A stretch of DNA of 64,000 nucleotides. It comes from a virus (lineage: Duplodnaviria > Caudoviricetes). Both the position numbers and the translations under genes were made by a program. The notes beneath the pieces are model-generated. The model had not been told where the DNA came from. It saw only the letters and a list, made by a program, of their open reading frames with translations, and ran no database searches. This document shows, piece by piece, positions 63,397 through 64,000 of the stretch; the first letter of the stretch is position 1; each line of letters opens with the position of its first letter. The stretch spans positions 69,825 through 133,824 of the IMG/VR virus record IMGVR_UViG_2706795801_000001, one strand, 5' to 3'.

Positions 63397-63711
63397 GAAG
63401 GACAATTGTTGTCGATGTGCATCGACTAGATTGAATGATGGTGGCAAGGTTAAATAGTAGTGCCGCAAGGGCACAATAGTGTATTAGTGTGGCGATAGTA
63501 TTAAGGGGGTGACAATAATGATTAGTAACAAAAGTGGTTAATGGTCACTACGTGACAATAGTGGAGTTAGGGTGAATGAATAAGAGGGTGGACAGTGTTA
63601 AGGGACTGCCAAGTTGCTTAACAATGTTTTACCTCTTCACCTTGCTTGCACACAGCAAGCCACTATTACAATGTTGGTGCATAGTGTATGCACACACTAA
63701 TACACTTCCCA

Positions 63712-63900
63712 AATGATAACGTCTATCATTTACACATTAAATACTAATCACAATGTTAATGATTCGCATTTACAATTATGGTGGTCAAATTCACTAATAG
63801 TTGGTCAATCTCACAGTTGACCATATAGATGATAACTATTCTCATTTAACACAGGTTAAACGAGGGTATAGATTTGGGTTAAATGATAGTGATTATCAAC
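63712..63900. promoter_or_regulatory. Cluster of four Fur-box-like sites
   Basis: 63712-63730, 63752-63770, 63828-63846 and 63882-63900, each 2-3 mismatches from AATGANAATNATTNTCATT. Confidence 0.6.
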
Positions 63901-64000
63901 TAGACCTGAATAAGCTTAAACCTAGACTGAATGAGGGTTACAGGGGGGCAGATATTTTGTTTACTTAGATATGGATGAGTACTGGGCGCACCCAGTTGCT

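Noticed and set aside
63544-63556. matS site
   Set aside because: The half-sites are in the opposite order (GTCAC-N3-GTGAC) to matS (GTGAC-RNY-GTCAC).

Overview
This 64 kb AT-rich window comes from a lytic contractile-tailed (myovirus-type) bacteriophage. The host is probably a gammaproteobacterium, inferred from sigma70-, Fur- and sigma54-like sites. Layout: (1) 1-33.4 kb, mostly + strand, holds virion genes: fibres and tail-collar proteins, a tailspike, neck, sheath, tube, chaperone, tape measure, baseplate, holin and spanins. Two minus-strand accessory blocks interrupt it (4.7-8.05 kb and 11.3-15.5 kb). (2) 33.4-49 kb, minus strand, is a replication block: SSB-like protein, free-standing endonuclease, T7-like family A DNA polymerase, primase-helicase, RNase H and a lytic transglycosylase. 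(3) 49-61.5 kb, + strand, is an array of small early genes behind many sigma70 promoters, including DenV and an HNH endonuclease. (4) 62.9-64 kb is non-coding and dense in host-factor-like sites. The main discovery is that the tape measure gene is split by four tandem IA2-like group I introns separated by micro-exons of 20, 25 and 24 nt. Splicing restores the conserved motif ...ESTRA-TNALQQM-MSKGVVSA-EELKLQMG-EVLPNA... and gives a 959 aa protein. Intron 1 is 193 nt and has no P9 domain, intron 3 appears to end in A rather than G, and only intron 4 carries an HNH endonuclease. Other observations: a -1 frameshift in the tail chaperone, small proteins carrying EF-Tu P-loop and GyrB/ParE N-terminal strap motifs, a second divergent PolA/T7-RNAP-superfamily polymerase, a two-gene secreted cassette, and Fur boxes bracketing the early region with divergent sigma54 sites at its right end. 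All calls are from manual reading; no database searches were run.
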